Source: Caldimonas sp.
GTDB lineage: Bacteria > Pseudomonadota > Gammaproteobacteria > Burkholderiales > Burkholderiaceae_C
Direction of reading: 5' to 3'
Assembly: GCF_046291045.1 (NCBI RefSeq)
Contig: NZ_JBKBSL010000013.1
Span: forward strand, 9,701 to 73,700
Length of the DNA: 64,000 bases
Shown here: one piece after another, positions 32,838 to 44,700 of the stretch
How positions within the stretch are numbered: the stretch's first letter is position 1
Layout: each line of letters starts with the position of its first letter
Position numbers and translations under genes: made by a program
Notes under the pieces: model-generated
Database searches by the model: none
The model's input: only the letters and a program-made list of their open reading frames with translations
What the model was told of the DNA's origin: nothing

Positions 32838-33848
32838 TTAAAAGATGGAGTCGCGGTCTACACCCTGGCGGATCATGCGGCGCTTGAGCTTGACCAGCGC
32901 CTCCTGCTGGATCTGTCGAATGCGCTCGCGTGTGAGGCCCAAGCGCTCGGCCAACACTTCCAGGGTCTCGGGCTCGCGGTCGTGCAGGCCGTAGCGGCCG
33001 GCCAGCACCTCGCGTTCCCGCTCGCTGAGATCCTCCAGCCAGGTCTCGAGCAATTGCTCGACTTCGTTGTGCAGCGCCAGGCCCATCGGATCGGTGGCTT
33101 GCTCGTCGGCGACCATGTCGATCATCGACTCCGAGGCGTCGCGCTCCAGCGGAGCATCGAGCGAGGTCGGGGTCTCGGCGAACTTGAGCAGTTCAGCAAC
33201 TTCCTGCACAGGCCAGCCCAGTAGCGCGGCGATGTCCTCCACCCGGGCGGGGCGGTCGCCGTCGGCCAGCCGGTCCTGACAGGATTCGATCTGGCGCCGC
33301 GCCTTGAGCACCTGGTTGAGGTCGCGCACCACGTGCACCGGCAACCGCACGAGGCGGGCCTGGTGCATGATCGCGCGCTCGATGCTTTGGCGAATCCACC
33401 AGGACGCATAAGTGGAGAAGCGAAATCCCCGGTTCGGCTCGAACTTGCCGATGGCATGCATCAGTCCGAGATTGCCTTCTTCGATCAGGTCCGTCATCGG
33501 CAGGCCGCGCCCCAAGTAATTCTTCGCAATGCTCACCACCAGGCGCAGGTTGTGCTCGATCATCGCCTGGCGAGCCTGGAAGTCACCTTCGCGGGCGCGA
33601 GTGGCGGTGGCGAATTCCTCCTCCGGCGTCAGCAGCGGGGTGCGACGGATCTCGCGCAGGTAGGTCTGCAAGGTGTTGCCCACCTCGGACTCGCCGGCTT
33701 CGAACTCGCGGTCACCGAGGCCTTGGGCTGGCAGCAAGGCCTCGTCGGGCCACTCATGGATCGCCGCAGCCCCCTCCTCGGCCGCCGCGGCCTCGCCCTC
33801 CGGCCCAGGCTCGGCATGTCCGTTGGCTTCGACACGCTTCCTGGTCAT
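32838..33848 (-). CDS. rpoS: RNA polymerase sigma factor RpoS
   Basis: [51 protein letters not shown]; downstream of nlpD. Confidence 0.93.
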   Translation of the reverse strand: MTRKRVEANGHAEPGPEGEAAAAEEGAAAIHEWPDEALLPAQGLGDREFEAGESEVGNTLQTYLREIRRTPLLTPEEEFATATRAREGDFQARQAMIEHNLRLVVSIAKNYLGRGLPMTDLIEEGNLGLMHAIGKFEPNRGFRFSTYASWWIRQSIERAIMHQARLVRLPVHVVRDLNQVLKARRQIESCQDRLADGDRPARVEDIAALLGWPVQEVAELLKFAETPTSLDAPLERDASESMIDMVADEQATDPMGLALHNEVEQLLETWLEDLSEREREVLAGRYGLHDREPETLEVLAERLGLTRERIRQIQQEALVKLKRRMIRQGVDRDSIF

Positions 33849-33877
33849 GGAGGCTCTCCGCCAGCGCTCGCGCGTCG

Positions 33878-34792
33878 TCAGCGCGGTGGCAGATAGCGAG
33901 CCGGGTCGACCGGCTTGCCTTCCTTGCGGATCTCGAAGTGGAGCTTCACCCGGTCGGCATCGGTGGAGCCCATCTCGGCGATCTTCTGGCCGCGCCGCAC
34001 GGTCTGGTCCTCCTTGACGAGCAGGGCCTGATTATGGGCGTAGGCCGTGAGGTAGCTATTGCTGTGCTTGACGATCACGAGGTTGCCGTAGCCGCGAAGG
34101 CCCGAGCCGGCATAGACCACCTTGCCGTCGGCGGCGGCGAAGATCGGATCACCGGGTTTGCCGGCGATGCCCAGGCCCTTGTTGCGCGCTTCGTCGAAAC
34201 CGGCGATGACCGAGCCGGCGGCCGGCCAAGTCCAGTGAATGTCGTCGACCTCGCGCGCCTGGCCCGGTGCCGCCGGCGCCGGCGCTGCAGCGGGCGGTTG
34301 AGGCGGTGTGGCTGGCGCCTGGGCCGGCGGCGCCGGGTTGGCCGGGGCGGATCCGACGGCCGCGGGAGCACGGGCATCCAGCGGACGCGACTCGACCCGC
34401 GCAACGCTGACCGGCTTGGGGGCAGCGATCGCGGCGTCGGTCGTCGGGGGCACCACGCGCAGCACCTGGCCCACCTCGAGGACATTGGGGTTCTCGAGGT
34501 TGTTCCACTGCATGATGTCGCGCCAGCTCTGGCCGGTCTCCAGGCCCACGCGAATCAGGGTGTCGCCGGGCTTGACGGTGTAGTAGCCCGGCTGGCCGGC
34601 GTTGGGGTGGGCCGCAGGCGCGGCGGGCCCGGGACTGCCGTTGGAGGCGGTCACCGCGCCGACAGACCCCGTGAGATTGCGTTCCTCGACCGGGGCTCGA
34701 TGCCGGGGCGAGGCGCAGGCGGACAGCAGCAAGGCCACCCCCACGCACACGCTCAGGAACCTCCACGAACGGCCTGCGGGACGGAAACTCAT
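33878..34792 (-). CDS. nlpD: LysM/M23 lipoprotein NlpD
   Basis: Lipobox LSAC, LysM (YTVKPGDTL), M23-like C-terminus ([22 protein letters not shown]). Confidence 0.95.
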   Translation of the reverse strand: MSFRPAGRSWRFLSVCVGVALLLSACASPRHRAPVEERNLTGSVGAVTASNGSPGPAAPAAHPNAGQPGYYTVKPGDTLIRVGLETGQSWRDIMQWNNLENPNVLEVGQVLRVVPPTTDAAIAAPKPVSVARVESRPLDARAPAAVGSAPANPAPPAQAPATPPQPPAAAPAPAAPGQAREVDDIHWTWPAAGSVIAGFDEARNKGLGIAGKPGDPIFAAADGKVVYAGSGLRGYGNLVIVKHSNSYLTAYAHNQALLVKEDQTVRRGQKIAEMGSTDADRVKLHFEIRKEGKPVDPARYLPPR

Positions 34793-34810
34793 GACTTCCT
34801 TTTCGAGTGC

Positions 34811-35611
34811 TCAGGTCGTGCCTGATTTTAAGGGGACGAAGTGGACGGCCTCGTGCTCAGTGCGCACGTAACGCCCGTCACGATGCTCGATCAGCACGAG
34901 GATCTGGCCGCCTGCCGGTGAGACGATCGGGGCGACCAGGCGTCCGCCCGGGGCCAGCTGGTCGAGCCAGGCCTGAGGCAGGTGCGCCCCCCCGGCGGCT
35001 GCGATGATGCCGTCGTAGGGGGCGTTCGGGGCGTGCCCGAGCATCCCGTCACCATACACCAGGCGCAGGTTGTGACGCCGCATGGGGGCCAGAAGTTCAC
35101 GGGCCTTGTCATGCAGGGGCCGCAGCCGCTCCACCGAGACGACCTGACGCGCCACCAGGCTCAGCACCGCGGCCTGGTAGCCGCAGCCGGTGCCGATCTC
35201 GAGCACCCGGCCCAAGCTCTGCGGCGGACGCCCGCCGGACATCAGCTCGATCATGCGCGCCACCACCGAGGGCTTGGAGATGGTCTGCTGCAGCCCGATC
35301 GGCAGACTGGTGTCTTCGTAGGCTTGGTTGGCCAGGGCCGAATCGACGAAGCGGTGGCGCGGCACCTGCAGCATGGCCGCCAGCACGTGTTCGTCGCGCA
35401 CGCCCTGGGCCCGAAGGCGTTCGACCATGCGACGGCGCACCAGGTCGGAGTCCAGGCCCAGCCCAGCCGGGGTCGCCTGAAGGCGCTGGTCCCGCGCCGC
35501 GGCCTGCACGGGCCCTTGTGGGCGCAGCAGACCGTCGGCCGCACGGGGCGCAGAGCCCCTGTCACGGGCCAGTCGCTCCAAGCTGAGCGGGAAGTGGCGC
35601 GCTCGCTTCAT
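34811..35611 (-). CDS. pcm: Protein-L-isoaspartate O-methyltransferase
   Basis: [31 protein letters not shown]; surE-pcm-nlpD-rpoS synteny. Confidence 0.95.
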   Translation of the reverse strand: MKRARHFPLSLERLARDRGSAPRAADGLLRPQGPVQAAARDQRLQATPAGLGLDSDLVRRRMVERLRAQGVRDEHVLAAMLQVPRHRFVDSALANQAYEDTSLPIGLQQTISKPSVVARMIELMSGGRPPQSLGRVLEIGTGCGYQAAVLSLVARQVVSVERLRPLHDKARELLAPMRRHNLRLVYGDGMLGHAPNAPYDGIIAAAGGAHLPQAWLDQLAPGGRLVAPIVSPAGGQILVLIEHRDGRYVRTEHEAVHFVPLKSGTT

Positions 35612-36360
35612 ACACCCTCGGCCAACCATCGGCGCCAAGCCGGCGCAGCCGCGTGGTCTGTCAGGTCGAACTGCAACGGCGTGATCGACACCCTCCCCTG
35701 GGCAATGGCGTGGAAGTCCGTGCCTTCCCCGGCCTCGCGCGCATCACCGGCCGGACCGATCCAGTAGATCGGTTCTCCACGCGGGTTGGACTGACGGATC
35801 ACACCCGCACTGGCGTGGCGCCGCCCGAGGCGGCAAATCTCGCGACCCGTCAGTGTTTCGTAGGGACGGTTGGGGATGTTCACGCTCAGCAAATAGGGCC
35901 CCGGCGTCAGCGGACGCGTCAAGGCCTGCTGCACCAGCTCCCGGGCCACGCGGGCCGCCGTGTCCAGGTGATGCCAACCCTTGTCGACCAGCGAGAACGC
36001 GATGGCCGGGATGCCGAACAGATAGCCCTCCATCGCTGCAGCCACGGTCCCGGAGTACAACGTGTCCTCGCCCATGTTCGCCCCGTTGTTGATGCCCGAG
36101 ACGACCAGGTCCGGCCGCTGTTCCAAGATGCCTGTGAGGGCGACGTGCACGCAGTCCGAAGGGGTGCCGTTGACCACGTGATAACCCTCAGAGGAGGTGA
36201 ACACGCTCAGCGGGCGGTGGATCGTCAGGGCGTTCGACGTCGCGCTGGCGTTCTGCTCGGGCGCGACCACGTCGACCTCGCCCAGATCCCGGCAGGCCTC
36301 GACCAGGGCCCGCAGGCCGGGAGCAAGGTAGCCGTCGTCGTTGGCAATCAGGATGCGCAT
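35608..36360 (-). CDS. surE: 5'/3'-nucleotidase SurE
   Basis: [34 protein letters not shown]. Confidence 0.97.
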   Translation of the reverse strand: MRILIANDDGYLAPGLRALVEACRDLGEVDVVAPEQNASATSNALTIHRPLSVFTSSEGYHVVNGTPSDCVHVALTGILEQRPDLVVSGINNGANMGEDTLYSGTVAAAMEGYLFGIPAIAFSLVDKGWHHLDTAARVARELVQQALTRPLTPGPYLLSVNIPNRPYETLTGREICRLGRRHASAGVIRQSNPRGEPIYWIGPAGDAREAGEGTDFHAIAQGRVSITPLQFDLTDHAAAPAWRRWLAEGV

Positions 36361-36453
36361 GGCGACGATTGTAGGGACACGTCGCCTCGGTGACGCCGCC
36401 GGCATGCCGACGTGCTTATGATGTCCGCGCCCCGGTCCTCAAGGAGACACCAC

Positions 36454-37434
36454 ATGCATGCCTGGATCTGTGACAACCCCATTGGCCCGCAAGCCCTCAC
36501 CTGGAAGGAAGTTCCCACGCCTGAGCCGAAGAAGGGAGAGGTGCGGGTGGCCATCCGCGCGGCCAGCCTGAACTTCCCGGACCTGCTGATCGTGCAAAAC
36601 AAGTACCAGATGAAGCCGCCTGTGCCGTTCGTGCCGGGGTCGGAGTTTTCCGGTGTGGTGGACGCCGTGGGGGAGGGCGTGACGCACCTGAAGCCCGGCG
36701 ATGCCGTGGCGGCCTTTGGTGGGCTGGGCGGCTTCGGCACCCATGCCACCGTGCCGGTCTCGCTGATCCTGCCGCTGCCCAGCGGCTTCAGCTTCCCCGA
36801 TGCTGCCGCCTTCTTGTGCACCTACGGCACCAGCCACCACGCCCTGATCGACCGTGCCGCCCTGCAGCCTGGAGAGACAGTGCTGGTGCTGGGCGCCGCC
36901 GGGGGCGTGGGCACGGCAGCGATCCAGATCGCCAAGGCTGCAGGTGCACGCGTGATCGCCGCGGCCTCGTCGGACGAGAAATGCGCGCTATGCCGCGAGA
37001 TCGGCGCCGATGCCACGATCAACTACGGCGCGGCCAACCTGCGCGAGGAGATTAAAGCCTTGACGGGGGGCCAAGGGCCCGACGTGGTCTATGACCCGGT
37101 GGGCGGCGACCTGGCCGAACCGGCCTTCCGCTCCATCGGCTGGCGGGGACGCTATCTCGTGATCGGCTTTGCGCAGGGAAGCATCCCTTCGCTGCCGCTG
37201 AACCTGGCGTTGCTGAAGGGTGCGTCCATCGTGGGCGTGTTCTGGGGCGAGTTCGCGCGGCGCGAGCCGCAGCGCAACGCCCGGGCGCTGGCCGAACTGG
37301 CCGCCTGGTACGCGCAGGGCAAGATCCGCCCCGTGATCGAGCACCAGTTGCCGATGACCGACCTGCTCCGCGCCTTCGAGCTGATGGCGTCGCGGCAGGT
37401 GCGAGGCAAGCTCGTGCTGACCAACGCGGCCTGA
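36454..37434 (+). CDS. NADPH:quinone oxidoreductase (zeta-crystallin/MDR family)
   Basis: AASLNFPDLL, PGSEFSG, VLVLGAAGGVG, GPDVVYDPVGG; SD AAGGAG. Confidence 0.92.
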   Translation: MHAWICDNPIGPQALTWKEVPTPEPKKGEVRVAIRAASLNFPDLLIVQNKYQMKPPVPFVPGSEFSGVVDAVGEGVTHLKPGDAVAAFGGLGGFGTHATVPVSLILPLPSGFSFPDAAAFLCTYGTSHHALIDRAALQPGETVLVLGAAGGVGTAAIQIAKAAGARVIAAASSDEKCALCREIGADATINYGAANLREEIKALTGGQGPDVVYDPVGGDLAEPAFRSIGWRGRYLVIGFAQGSIPSLPLNLALLKGASIVGVFWGEFARREPQRNARALAELAAWYAQGKIRPVIEHQLPMTDLLRAFELMASRQVRGKLVLTNAA

Positions 37435-37512
37435 CCCTCCATTCCGAGGGTGGGGTCCGGCGGCGGCCTGGGCTACCATGGCGCCCGTCCTTCCGCCTTG
37501 TTTGCGTATGCC

Positions 37513-38181
37513 ATGGCCATCCCTGTGCTGATCGTCGAAGACAACCCGATGACCCGGGGCTTCCTGGCCCGGGTGGTGCGCGACAGCTTCAGCGATCCGC
37601 TGGACATCCGCGAGGCGGGCGACCTGCATGGGGCGCGCCGCGCACTGTCGCAGGAGGGGGCCGAGATCGGTCTGGTGCTGCTCAACCTCGAGCTGCCCGA
37701 CGGCAGCGGCCTGGACTTGCTGCGCGAGATCGCCGAGCACCCGGCCCTCAAGGTCGTGACCACGCTCTATGCGGACGACGAACACCTCTTCCCCGCCCTG
37801 CAGCATGGTGCCGATGGCTATCTCCTCAAGGAAGACCGCTTCGAGGTGTTGGTGGAGGAATTGCAGCGCATCGTGCGCGGCCAGCCGCCGCTGTCGCCGG
37901 CCATCGCGCGGCGGCTGCTCACGCATTTCCGCGAGACCGGCTTCAGCAGTTCCCAGTTCGGGGATTCCGACCGCACCCCGCTGGACACCCCCCACCCGGT
38001 ACCCGAGGGCGAGCGCCTGACGCCGCGCGAGAACGAAGTGCTCTCCTATCTCAGCAAGGGGTTCACGGTCAAGGAGATCGCCGGGCTGATGGGCATCCGC
38101 TGGTTCTCGGTGAACGACCACGTCAAGTCGATCTACCGCAAGCTCAAGCTCAGCACCCAGCCGAGGGCCGGCCTCGTCTGA
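37513..38181 (+). CDS. NarL/LuxR-family response regulator, atypical receiver (Asp to Asn), orphan
   Basis: VLIVEDN, LVLLNLELPDG, GADGYLLKED, HTH LTPRENEVL...KEIA; shortened C-terminus. Confidence 0.9.
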   Translation: MAIPVLIVEDNPMTRGFLARVVRDSFSDPLDIREAGDLHGARRALSQEGAEIGLVLLNLELPDGSGLDLLREIAEHPALKVVTTLYADDEHLFPALQHGADGYLLKEDRFEVLVEELQRIVRGQPPLSPAIARRLLTHFRETGFSSSQFGDSDRTPLDTPHPVPEGERLTPRENEVLSYLSKGFTVKEIAGLMGIRWFSVNDHVKSIYRKLKLSTQPRAGLV

Positions 38182-38215
38182 GGCCTCGGGCCCGGGCCCT
38201 TAGAATGCCGGCCCG

Positions 38216-38938
38216 ATGAATGCCTCCAGCCCCCCCAGCCCCCCCGGAACCTCCGACGACGCCACACCGGTCCTGCGTCGCGGGGTGCGCAGCTATGTCA
38301 AGCGCGGCGGACGCACCACCGAGGCCCAGGCCCGTGCCTTCGCGACCTGGGCGCCCCGTTTTCTTCTGCCCTACCGGCCCGAACCGCTAGACCTGGCCGC
38401 CACGTTCGGGCGGGACGCCCCGACCGTGCTGGAGATCGGCTTCGGCATGGGCGAGGCCACGGCCCAGATCGCCCAGACCCTGCCCGGCACGAACTTCCTC
38501 GGCTGCGAGGTGCACGAGCCCGGCGTGGGCGCGCTGCTCAAGCGCATCGGCGAGCAAGGGCTGAGCAATGTGCGCATCGTCCAGCACGATGCCGTGGAGG
38601 TGCTGCAGCACATGATCGCACCGGCCAGCTTGGCTGGTGTGCATGTCTTCTTCCCCGACCCCTGGCACAAGAAACGCCATCACAAGCGCCGGCTCATCCA
38701 GCCGCCGCTGGTGGCCTTGCTGGCCTCGAGGCTGGCCGCTGGCGGCTATGTGCATTGCGCCACCGACTGGCAACCCTATGCCGAGCAGATGCTGGAGGTT
38801 CTGTCGGCCGAACCGGCCCTGCGCAACACCGCCGCCGGTTACGCCGCTCGCCCGGACTATCGCCCGCTGACCAAGTTCGAGCACCGCGGCCTGCGCCTGG
38901 GTCACGGCGTGTGGGATCTGGTGTTCAAGCGCACCTGA
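38216..38938 (+). CDS. trmB: tRNA (guanine-N7)-methyltransferase
   Basis: [35 protein letters not shown]. Confidence 0.97.
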   Translation: MNASSPPSPPGTSDDATPVLRRGVRSYVKRGGRTTEAQARAFATWAPRFLLPYRPEPLDLAATFGRDAPTVLEIGFGMGEATAQIAQTLPGTNFLGCEVHEPGVGALLKRIGEQGLSNVRIVQHDAVEVLQHMIAPASLAGVHVFFPDPWHKKRHHKRRLIQPPLVALLASRLAAGGYVHCATDWQPYAEQMLEVLSAEPALRNTAAGYAARPDYRPLTKFEHRGLRLGHGVWDLVFKRT

Positions 38939-38957
38939 CGGCGCCCCCGCCCGCCGC

Positions 38958-39791
38958 TCAGACGCGCCAGTCCACCCAGCCGGCCCAGGCGGTGCCCAGC
39001 ACGAGCAAGCCGAAGGCGATGCGGTACCACGCGAAGACCACGAAGCTGTGACGCGCGACGAAGTGCAGCAGCCAGCGCACGCACAACCAGGCCGACAGCC
39101 AGGACACCGCCAGTCCCACCGCGAACCAAGGCAGGTCGGAGACCGACAGCAGGTGCCGGTGACGTGCGAGGTCGTACACGGCAGCCCCCACGATCATCGG
39201 AATGGCGAGGAAGAAGCTGAACTCCGTAGCCGCCTTGCGCGACAGGCCCAGCAGCATGCCACCGATGATCGTGGCCCCGGAGCGGCTGGTGCCGGGGATG
39301 AGCGCCAGACACTGCACCAGCCCCACTTGGAGGGCATCGCGCCAGCCCACCTCGTCGGCCTCGTGGATGCGCACGTGCCGGCCATCGCGCTGCCAGCGCT
39401 CGGCCCACAAAATGACGACACCGCCCACGATGAAGCCCAAGGCCACCACGATCGGGTTGAACAGCACCCCCTTGATGATGTCGGCCAAGAGCACTCCCAT
39501 CGTCGCCGCCGGCGCAAAACCGAGGAGCATGTTCAGGACGAACCCGCGCGCGCGCGGCTCGCCTTGGGGCAGGCCCAGGGCCACCTCGCGCAGCTTGGCG
39601 GCATAGACCGAACATACGGCCAGGATCGCACCGACCTGGATCGCGACCTCGAAGACCTTGATCTTCTCGCCGGTCCATCCCAGCAACGCTCCGGTCAGGA
39701 TGAGGTGCCCGGTGGAGGAAATGGGCAGGAACTCCGTCAGTCCCTCGACGAGGCCCATCAGGGCGGCTTTCCACAGCAGCTCGAACTCCAA
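38958..39791 (-). CDS. uppP: Undecaprenyl-diphosphatase
   Basis: [33 protein letters not shown]. Confidence 0.97.
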   Translation of the reverse strand: MEFELLWKAALMGLVEGLTEFLPISSTGHLILTGALLGWTGEKIKVFEVAIQVGAILAVCSVYAAKLREVALGLPQGEPRARGFVLNMLLGFAPAATMGVLLADIIKGVLFNPIVVALGFIVGGVVILWAERWQRDGRHVRIHEADEVGWRDALQVGLVQCLALIPGTSRSGATIIGGMLLGLSRKAATEFSFFLAIPMIVGAAVYDLARHRHLLSVSDLPWFAVGLAVSWLSAWLCVRWLLHFVARHSFVVFAWYRIAFGLLVLGTAWAGWVDWRV

Positions 39792-39883
39792 GACCAGTTC
39801 CTTCCCTTGAACCCTCGATCGGGCAGGCCGACATCATAGCGGCGTCGGACGGACGCACCGACAGACTGCGCGGCGCCGCCGAC

Positions 39884-39931
39884 TTGACCCACCGAGCTCA
39901 GGGGGCTACATTACTGACTCAAGAGTCAGTA
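39884..39931 (+). promoter_or_regulatory. Sigma70 promoter with TetR operator over the start site
   Basis: TTGACC (39884)-17 bp-TACATT (39907); perfect inverted repeat TACTGACTC-AA-GAGTCAGTA (39912-39931). Confidence 0.8.
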
Positions 39932-39938
39932 TTTCGCC

Positions 39939-40607
39939 ATGCTCACATCCACCCCTGCGGTCGCCCCCCCCGCCGAGCCGGCCCGCAAGCGCCGCAAGGA
40001 GGCCCGTCCCCAGGAGCTCCTGGACGCTGCCCTCGAGGTCTTCGTCGAGCGGGGTTTCGCGGCCAGCAAGATGGAAGACGTTGCCAGCCGCGCGGGCGTG
40101 TCCAAAGGCACCGTCTACCTCTACTTCCCCAGCAAGGAGGAGCTGCTCAAGGCCGTCATCCGCCACAACCTGTCGCTGACGATCGCGCAGGGGGGCGACT
40201 TGGCGGCGCAGTTCCCCGGCCCGACCGACGAGTTGCTGCGCGTGCTCGCGATGAGCTGGTGGGAGCGGGTCGGGGAGACACAGGCCTCGGGCATCTTCAA
40301 GCTCATCATCACCGAGGTGCGCAACTTCCCGGAGTTCGCGCAGTTCTACGCCGCCGAGGTGATCGAGCCGGGGCGGCAACTGCTGAAGGCCCTGCTGCAG
40401 CGTGGCATCGATCGCGGGGAGTTCCGCCCGGTGCCGCTGGAGGACACGGCCTATGCGCTGATCTTCCCGATGCTCATGCTGTGCTTGCACAAGCACTCCG
40501 TCGGTGCTTGCTCGGGTGACATCGCCACACAAGATCCGCGGGCCTTCATCCTCAACCATATCGACCTGATGCTGCACGGCCTGTGCCGCACCGGGACATC
40601 GCCTTGA
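39939..40607 (+). CDS. TetR/AcrR family regulator
   Basis: ELLDAALEVFVERGF...VASRAGVSKGTVYLYF HTH. Confidence 0.95.
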   Translation: MLTSTPAVAPPAEPARKRRKEARPQELLDAALEVFVERGFAASKMEDVASRAGVSKGTVYLYFPSKEELLKAVIRHNLSLTIAQGGDLAAQFPGPTDELLRVLAMSWWERVGETQASGIFKLIITEVRNFPEFAQFYAAEVIEPGRQLLKALLQRGIDRGEFRPVPLEDTAYALIFPMLMLCLHKHSVGACSGDIATQDPRAFILNHIDLMLHGLCRTGTSP

Positions 40608-40621
40608 CCCGGCCACTTTCG

Positions 40622-41773
40622 ATGAACCGCTATCTCCGACGCGCCCTGCCCTGGCTGATCGTGGGCCTGCTGCTGCTCGGCCTGGTGCTGGGCGTGATCC
40701 GCGCGGTCAAGGCGCGTCAGTCGCTCGCGCAGACGGCCCCCTCCGAGGCGACGGTGTCGCTGGTGGAGCTGGCCCCGTCCGACCTGGTGGAAGTGCAACG
40801 CCATGAACTGGGCCGTAGCATTGCCGTCTCCGGCGGTCTCAAGGCAGTGCGCACCGCCCAGGTCAAGGCCAAGGTCGCCGGCGAGCTACAGGAACTGGTG
40901 GTGCGCGAGGGCGAGTCGGTGCGTGCCGGACAGGTTCTGGGACGCATCGATCCCACCGAGTATGCCGCCCGCCTGAGGCAAGCGCAGGAACAGGCCGCGT
41001 CCGCGCAGGCCCAATGGGAGATCGCCGAACGCACGCTGGCGAACAACCGTGCGCTGGTAGACCAGGGCTTCATCTCGCGCAATGCGCTGGAGACCTCGAT
41101 CTCGAACGCGGCGGCGGCTCGTGCCGCCGTGCAGCAGGCGCAGGCCGGCGTGGATCTGGCGCGCAAGGCGCTGGATGATACGGTGCTGCGTGCGCCGATC
41201 GCGGGCCAGGTCTCGGTGCGAGCCGCCCAGCCGGGCGAGCGTGTGGGCGTGGATGCACGCATCGTCGAGATCGTCGACCTCTCGAGCCTGGAGCTGGAAG
41301 CGGCGGTGCGTGCGGAAGAGGTCGTCGGGCTGAGCCCGGGCGCGCGCGCTCGCTTGCGCGTGGACGGCCTGGACGAGACGCTGGACGCCACGGTGGTGCG
41401 CATCAACCCCAGCACCCAGCCCGGCACCCGCGCCGTCCCGGTTTACCTGGCCGTGCAGGCCCATCCCGCCCTGCGGCAGGGCCTGTTCGCCACCGGCCAG
41501 ATCGAACAAATGCGTCGACACACGCTGGCCGTGCCCGAGTCGGTGCTGCGCCATGACGAGGCACGGCCCCATGTGCTGGTGCTGCGCGAAGACCGGATCG
41601 AGCTGCGCGAGGTGATCCTCGGCGAGTCGGGGCAGTCCGCCGCCGGCCAGCGAGTCGTGGAGATCCGCTCCGGCCTGGCCGAGGGCGAGCGCGTGCTGGC
41701 CGGCTCGGTGGGCAGGGTGCGCGATGGCGTGCGCGCACGGGTGACCTCGGTGGCGCCGTCCCCGCAACGCTGA
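40622..41773 (+). CDS. RND efflux periplasmic adaptor (MFP)
   Basis: N-terminal anchor, VKAKVAGEL lipoyl motif, coiled hairpin, LRAPIAGQV, INPST. Confidence 0.93.
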   Translation: MNRYLRRALPWLIVGLLLLGLVLGVIRAVKARQSLAQTAPSEATVSLVELAPSDLVEVQRHELGRSIAVSGGLKAVRTAQVKAKVAGELQELVVREGESVRAGQVLGRIDPTEYAARLRQAQEQAASAQAQWEIAERTLANNRALVDQGFISRNALETSISNAAAARAAVQQAQAGVDLARKALDDTVLRAPIAGQVSVRAAQPGERVGVDARIVEIVDLSSLELEAAVRAEEVVGLSPGARARLRVDGLDETLDATVVRINPSTQPGTRAVPVYLAVQAHPALRQGLFATGQIEQMRRHTLAVPESVLRHDEARPHVLVLREDRIELREVILGESGQSAAGQRVVEIRSGLAEGERVLAGSVGRVRDGVRARVTSVAPSPQR

Positions 41774-41785
41774 GGCGGCTGCCGC

Positions 41786-44700
41786 ATGTGGTTCACCCGC
41801 GTCTCGATCAGCAACCCGGTGATGGCCACGATGGTCATGCTGGCCTTCGTCGTGTTGGGCCTGTTCTCGTACCAGCGGCTCAAGGTCGACCAGTTCCCCG
41901 ACATCGAGTTCCCCATCGTGGTGGTCCAAGTCGACTATCCCGGCGCCTCGCCCGAGATCGTCGAGACCGAGGTGACGCGCAAAGTCGAGGAAGCCGTCAA
42001 CTCGATCGCCGGCATCAAGAAGCTGTACTCGCGCTCCTATGACAGCCGCTCGGTGGTCATCATCGAGTTCAACCTCGACGTCGACGATCGCCGTGCCGCC
42101 GACGATGTGCGCGAAAAGATGTCGATCCTGCGCCCGTCCCTGCGCGACGAGGTCGAGGAACCACGGGTGCTGCGCTTCGACCCTTCGGGCCGGCCGGTCT
42201 ACATCCTCGCCCTGACCTCGCCAGACGGCTCGCGCAGCGCGCTGGAGCTGAGCACCTACGCCGATCAGACGCTCAAGAAGCGTCTGGAGAACGTGCCGGG
42301 GGTGGGCTCGGTCTCGCTGGTGGGCGAGGTCCGCCGCGAGATCAATGTCTACCTGCGGCCGCAGGCGATGGAGGCGCTGGGGGTCACGGTGGAGCAGGTC
42401 GTCAATGCCGTGCGCACCGAGAACCGCGACCTGCCCGCCGGCGCCCTGCGCTCGCGCGAGTCCGAGCGGGTGGTCCAGATCAATGCCCGCATCCAGCGCC
42501 CCGAGGACTTCTCCCGGATCATCGTTGCACGGCGCGGCTCCGGCGGCAGTGTGCCGGTGACCCTGGGCCAGGTGGCCGAGATCGTCGACGGCCCTCAGGA
42601 GATCGAGACACTGGCCCTGTACAACGGGCAGCGCACCTTGGCGCTCACCGTGCTCAAGGCCCAGGGGCAAAACACCATCGAAGTGGTCGATGGATTGAAC
42701 CGCGTGGTCGATGAGTTGCGTGGCGAGCTGCCCCGAGGCATGGCGCTGGAGGTGGTCAGCGACGGCTCGCGGCCCATCCGGGTGGCGGTGAAGAACGTGC
42801 GCCAAACGCTGATCGAGGGTGCGGTGCTCACGGTGGCCATCGTTTTCCTCTTCCTGAATTCCTGGCGCTCCACCGTCATCACCGGCCTGACACTGCCCAT
42901 CGCACTGATCGGCACCTTCGGCGTGATGCATGCCTTTGGCTTTTCCATCAACATGGTCACGCTGATGGCGCTGAGCCTGTGCGTGGGTCTGTTGATCGAC
43001 GATGCCATCGTGGTACGCGAAAACATCGTGCGGCACATGCAGATGGGCAAGGGCCCGCGCGAGGCGGCGCTGGACGGCACCAACGAGATCGGCCTGGCCG
43101 TGCTGGCCACCACCTTGTCCATCGTGGCCGTCTTTCTGCCCATCGGCTTCATGGGCGGCATCATCGGCAAGTTCTTCCACGAGTTCGGCATCACGATGGT
43201 CGCGGCCGTGATGATCTCGATGTTCGTGAGCTTCACGCTCGACCCGATGCTCTCGAGCGTGTGGCACGACCCGGCGGTGATGCCGCACGCCAGCGCCCGA
43301 CGCAGTTTGTACGACCGCACGCTGGGCCGGCTGACGGGTGCGATGGACCGCTTCTCCCACTGGCTGGGCGAGGCCTACCAGCACATCCTGGCCTGGTCGC
43401 TGCAGCACAAGGCCGCTACGATGGGCATTGCCGCCGCCAGCCTGGTGGCGAGCTTCGCCCTGGTGCCGCTGCTGGGCACCGAGTTCGTGCCCAAGGCCGA
43501 CTTCGGCGACACCAACGTGAGTTTCTACACCCCCACGGGCTCCTCGCTGGAGGCCACCGAGGCCAAGGTGCGGCAGGTCGATGCCATCTTGCGCGAGTTC
43601 CCCGAAGTGCGCTACACGGTGGCCACGATCAACACTGGCTCGGCCCCTGACAAGAACCAGGCCAGCCTCTACGTGAGGCTGGTCGACCGCGATCAGCGCG
43701 AGCGCAACGTCGACCAGATGTCGGTACCGCTGCGCGAGCGTCTGGCTGCGGTGCCCGGCATCACCGTCACCCAGGTGGGGCTGCTCGACGCCGTTGGCGG
43801 GCAAAAGCCCATCTCGCTGTCGCTGCAAGGCAATGACCTGCAGGAACTTCAGCGCCAGACCCAAGCCCTTCTCGAACGCCTTCGCGCCATCCCCGGCCTG
43901 GTGGACCTGGACACCAGCATGAAGCCCAACAAGCCCACGGTGGACGTGCAGGTGCGTCGGGAGGCCGCCTCCGACCTGGGCTTGAGCGTGGGGGCTCTCA
44001 CCACCAGCCTGCGGGCCTTGGTGGCTGGCCAGACGGTGGGCAACTGGCGCGCCGAGGACGGTGAAAGCTACGACGTGAAGGTGCGACTGGCACCGCAGGC
44101 GCGACAGCAGGCCGAGGATCTGGCGGCCCTGGGTCTGGCCGTCGGTCAGAACGCCGACGGCAGCGCCCGCATCGTGCGGTTGTCGCAGGTGGCCGATCTC
44201 GTGCCCTCGGTGGGCCCGAGCCAGATCAACCGGCGCGACCTGCGCCGCGAGGTCGAGATCACCGCGAACGTGTCGGGACGCTCGCTGGGCGAGGTGTCGG
44301 CCGACATCCGTCGCGCCATCGAGGGCCTGTCGCTGCCGGCAGGCTACCGGATCAGCTTCGGCGGCTCCACCCGCGACATGCAGGAATCGTTCGCCTATGC
44401 GCTGTCGGCGCTGGGACTGGCTGTGATCTTCATCTACATGATCTTGGCCTCGCAGTTCAAGAGCTTCGTGCAACCCATCGCGCTGATGTCCTCACTGCCG
44501 CTGACACTCATCGGCGTGGTGCTCATGCTGCTCGTGTTCGGCTCGACGTTGAACATGTTCTCCATCATCGGCGTGATCATGCTGATGGGCCTGGTGACCA
44601 AGAACGCCATCTTGCTGGTGGACTTCGCCAATCGAGCCCGCGAAGGCCATGGCGCCGAGGGGCTGGACGGTCGCCGACTCGCCCGCGAAGAAGCGCTGAT

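Noticed and set aside
40886-44473. 1195-aa minus-strand ORF
   Set aside because: Exactly opposite the MFP/RND genes; shadow, not a giant protein.
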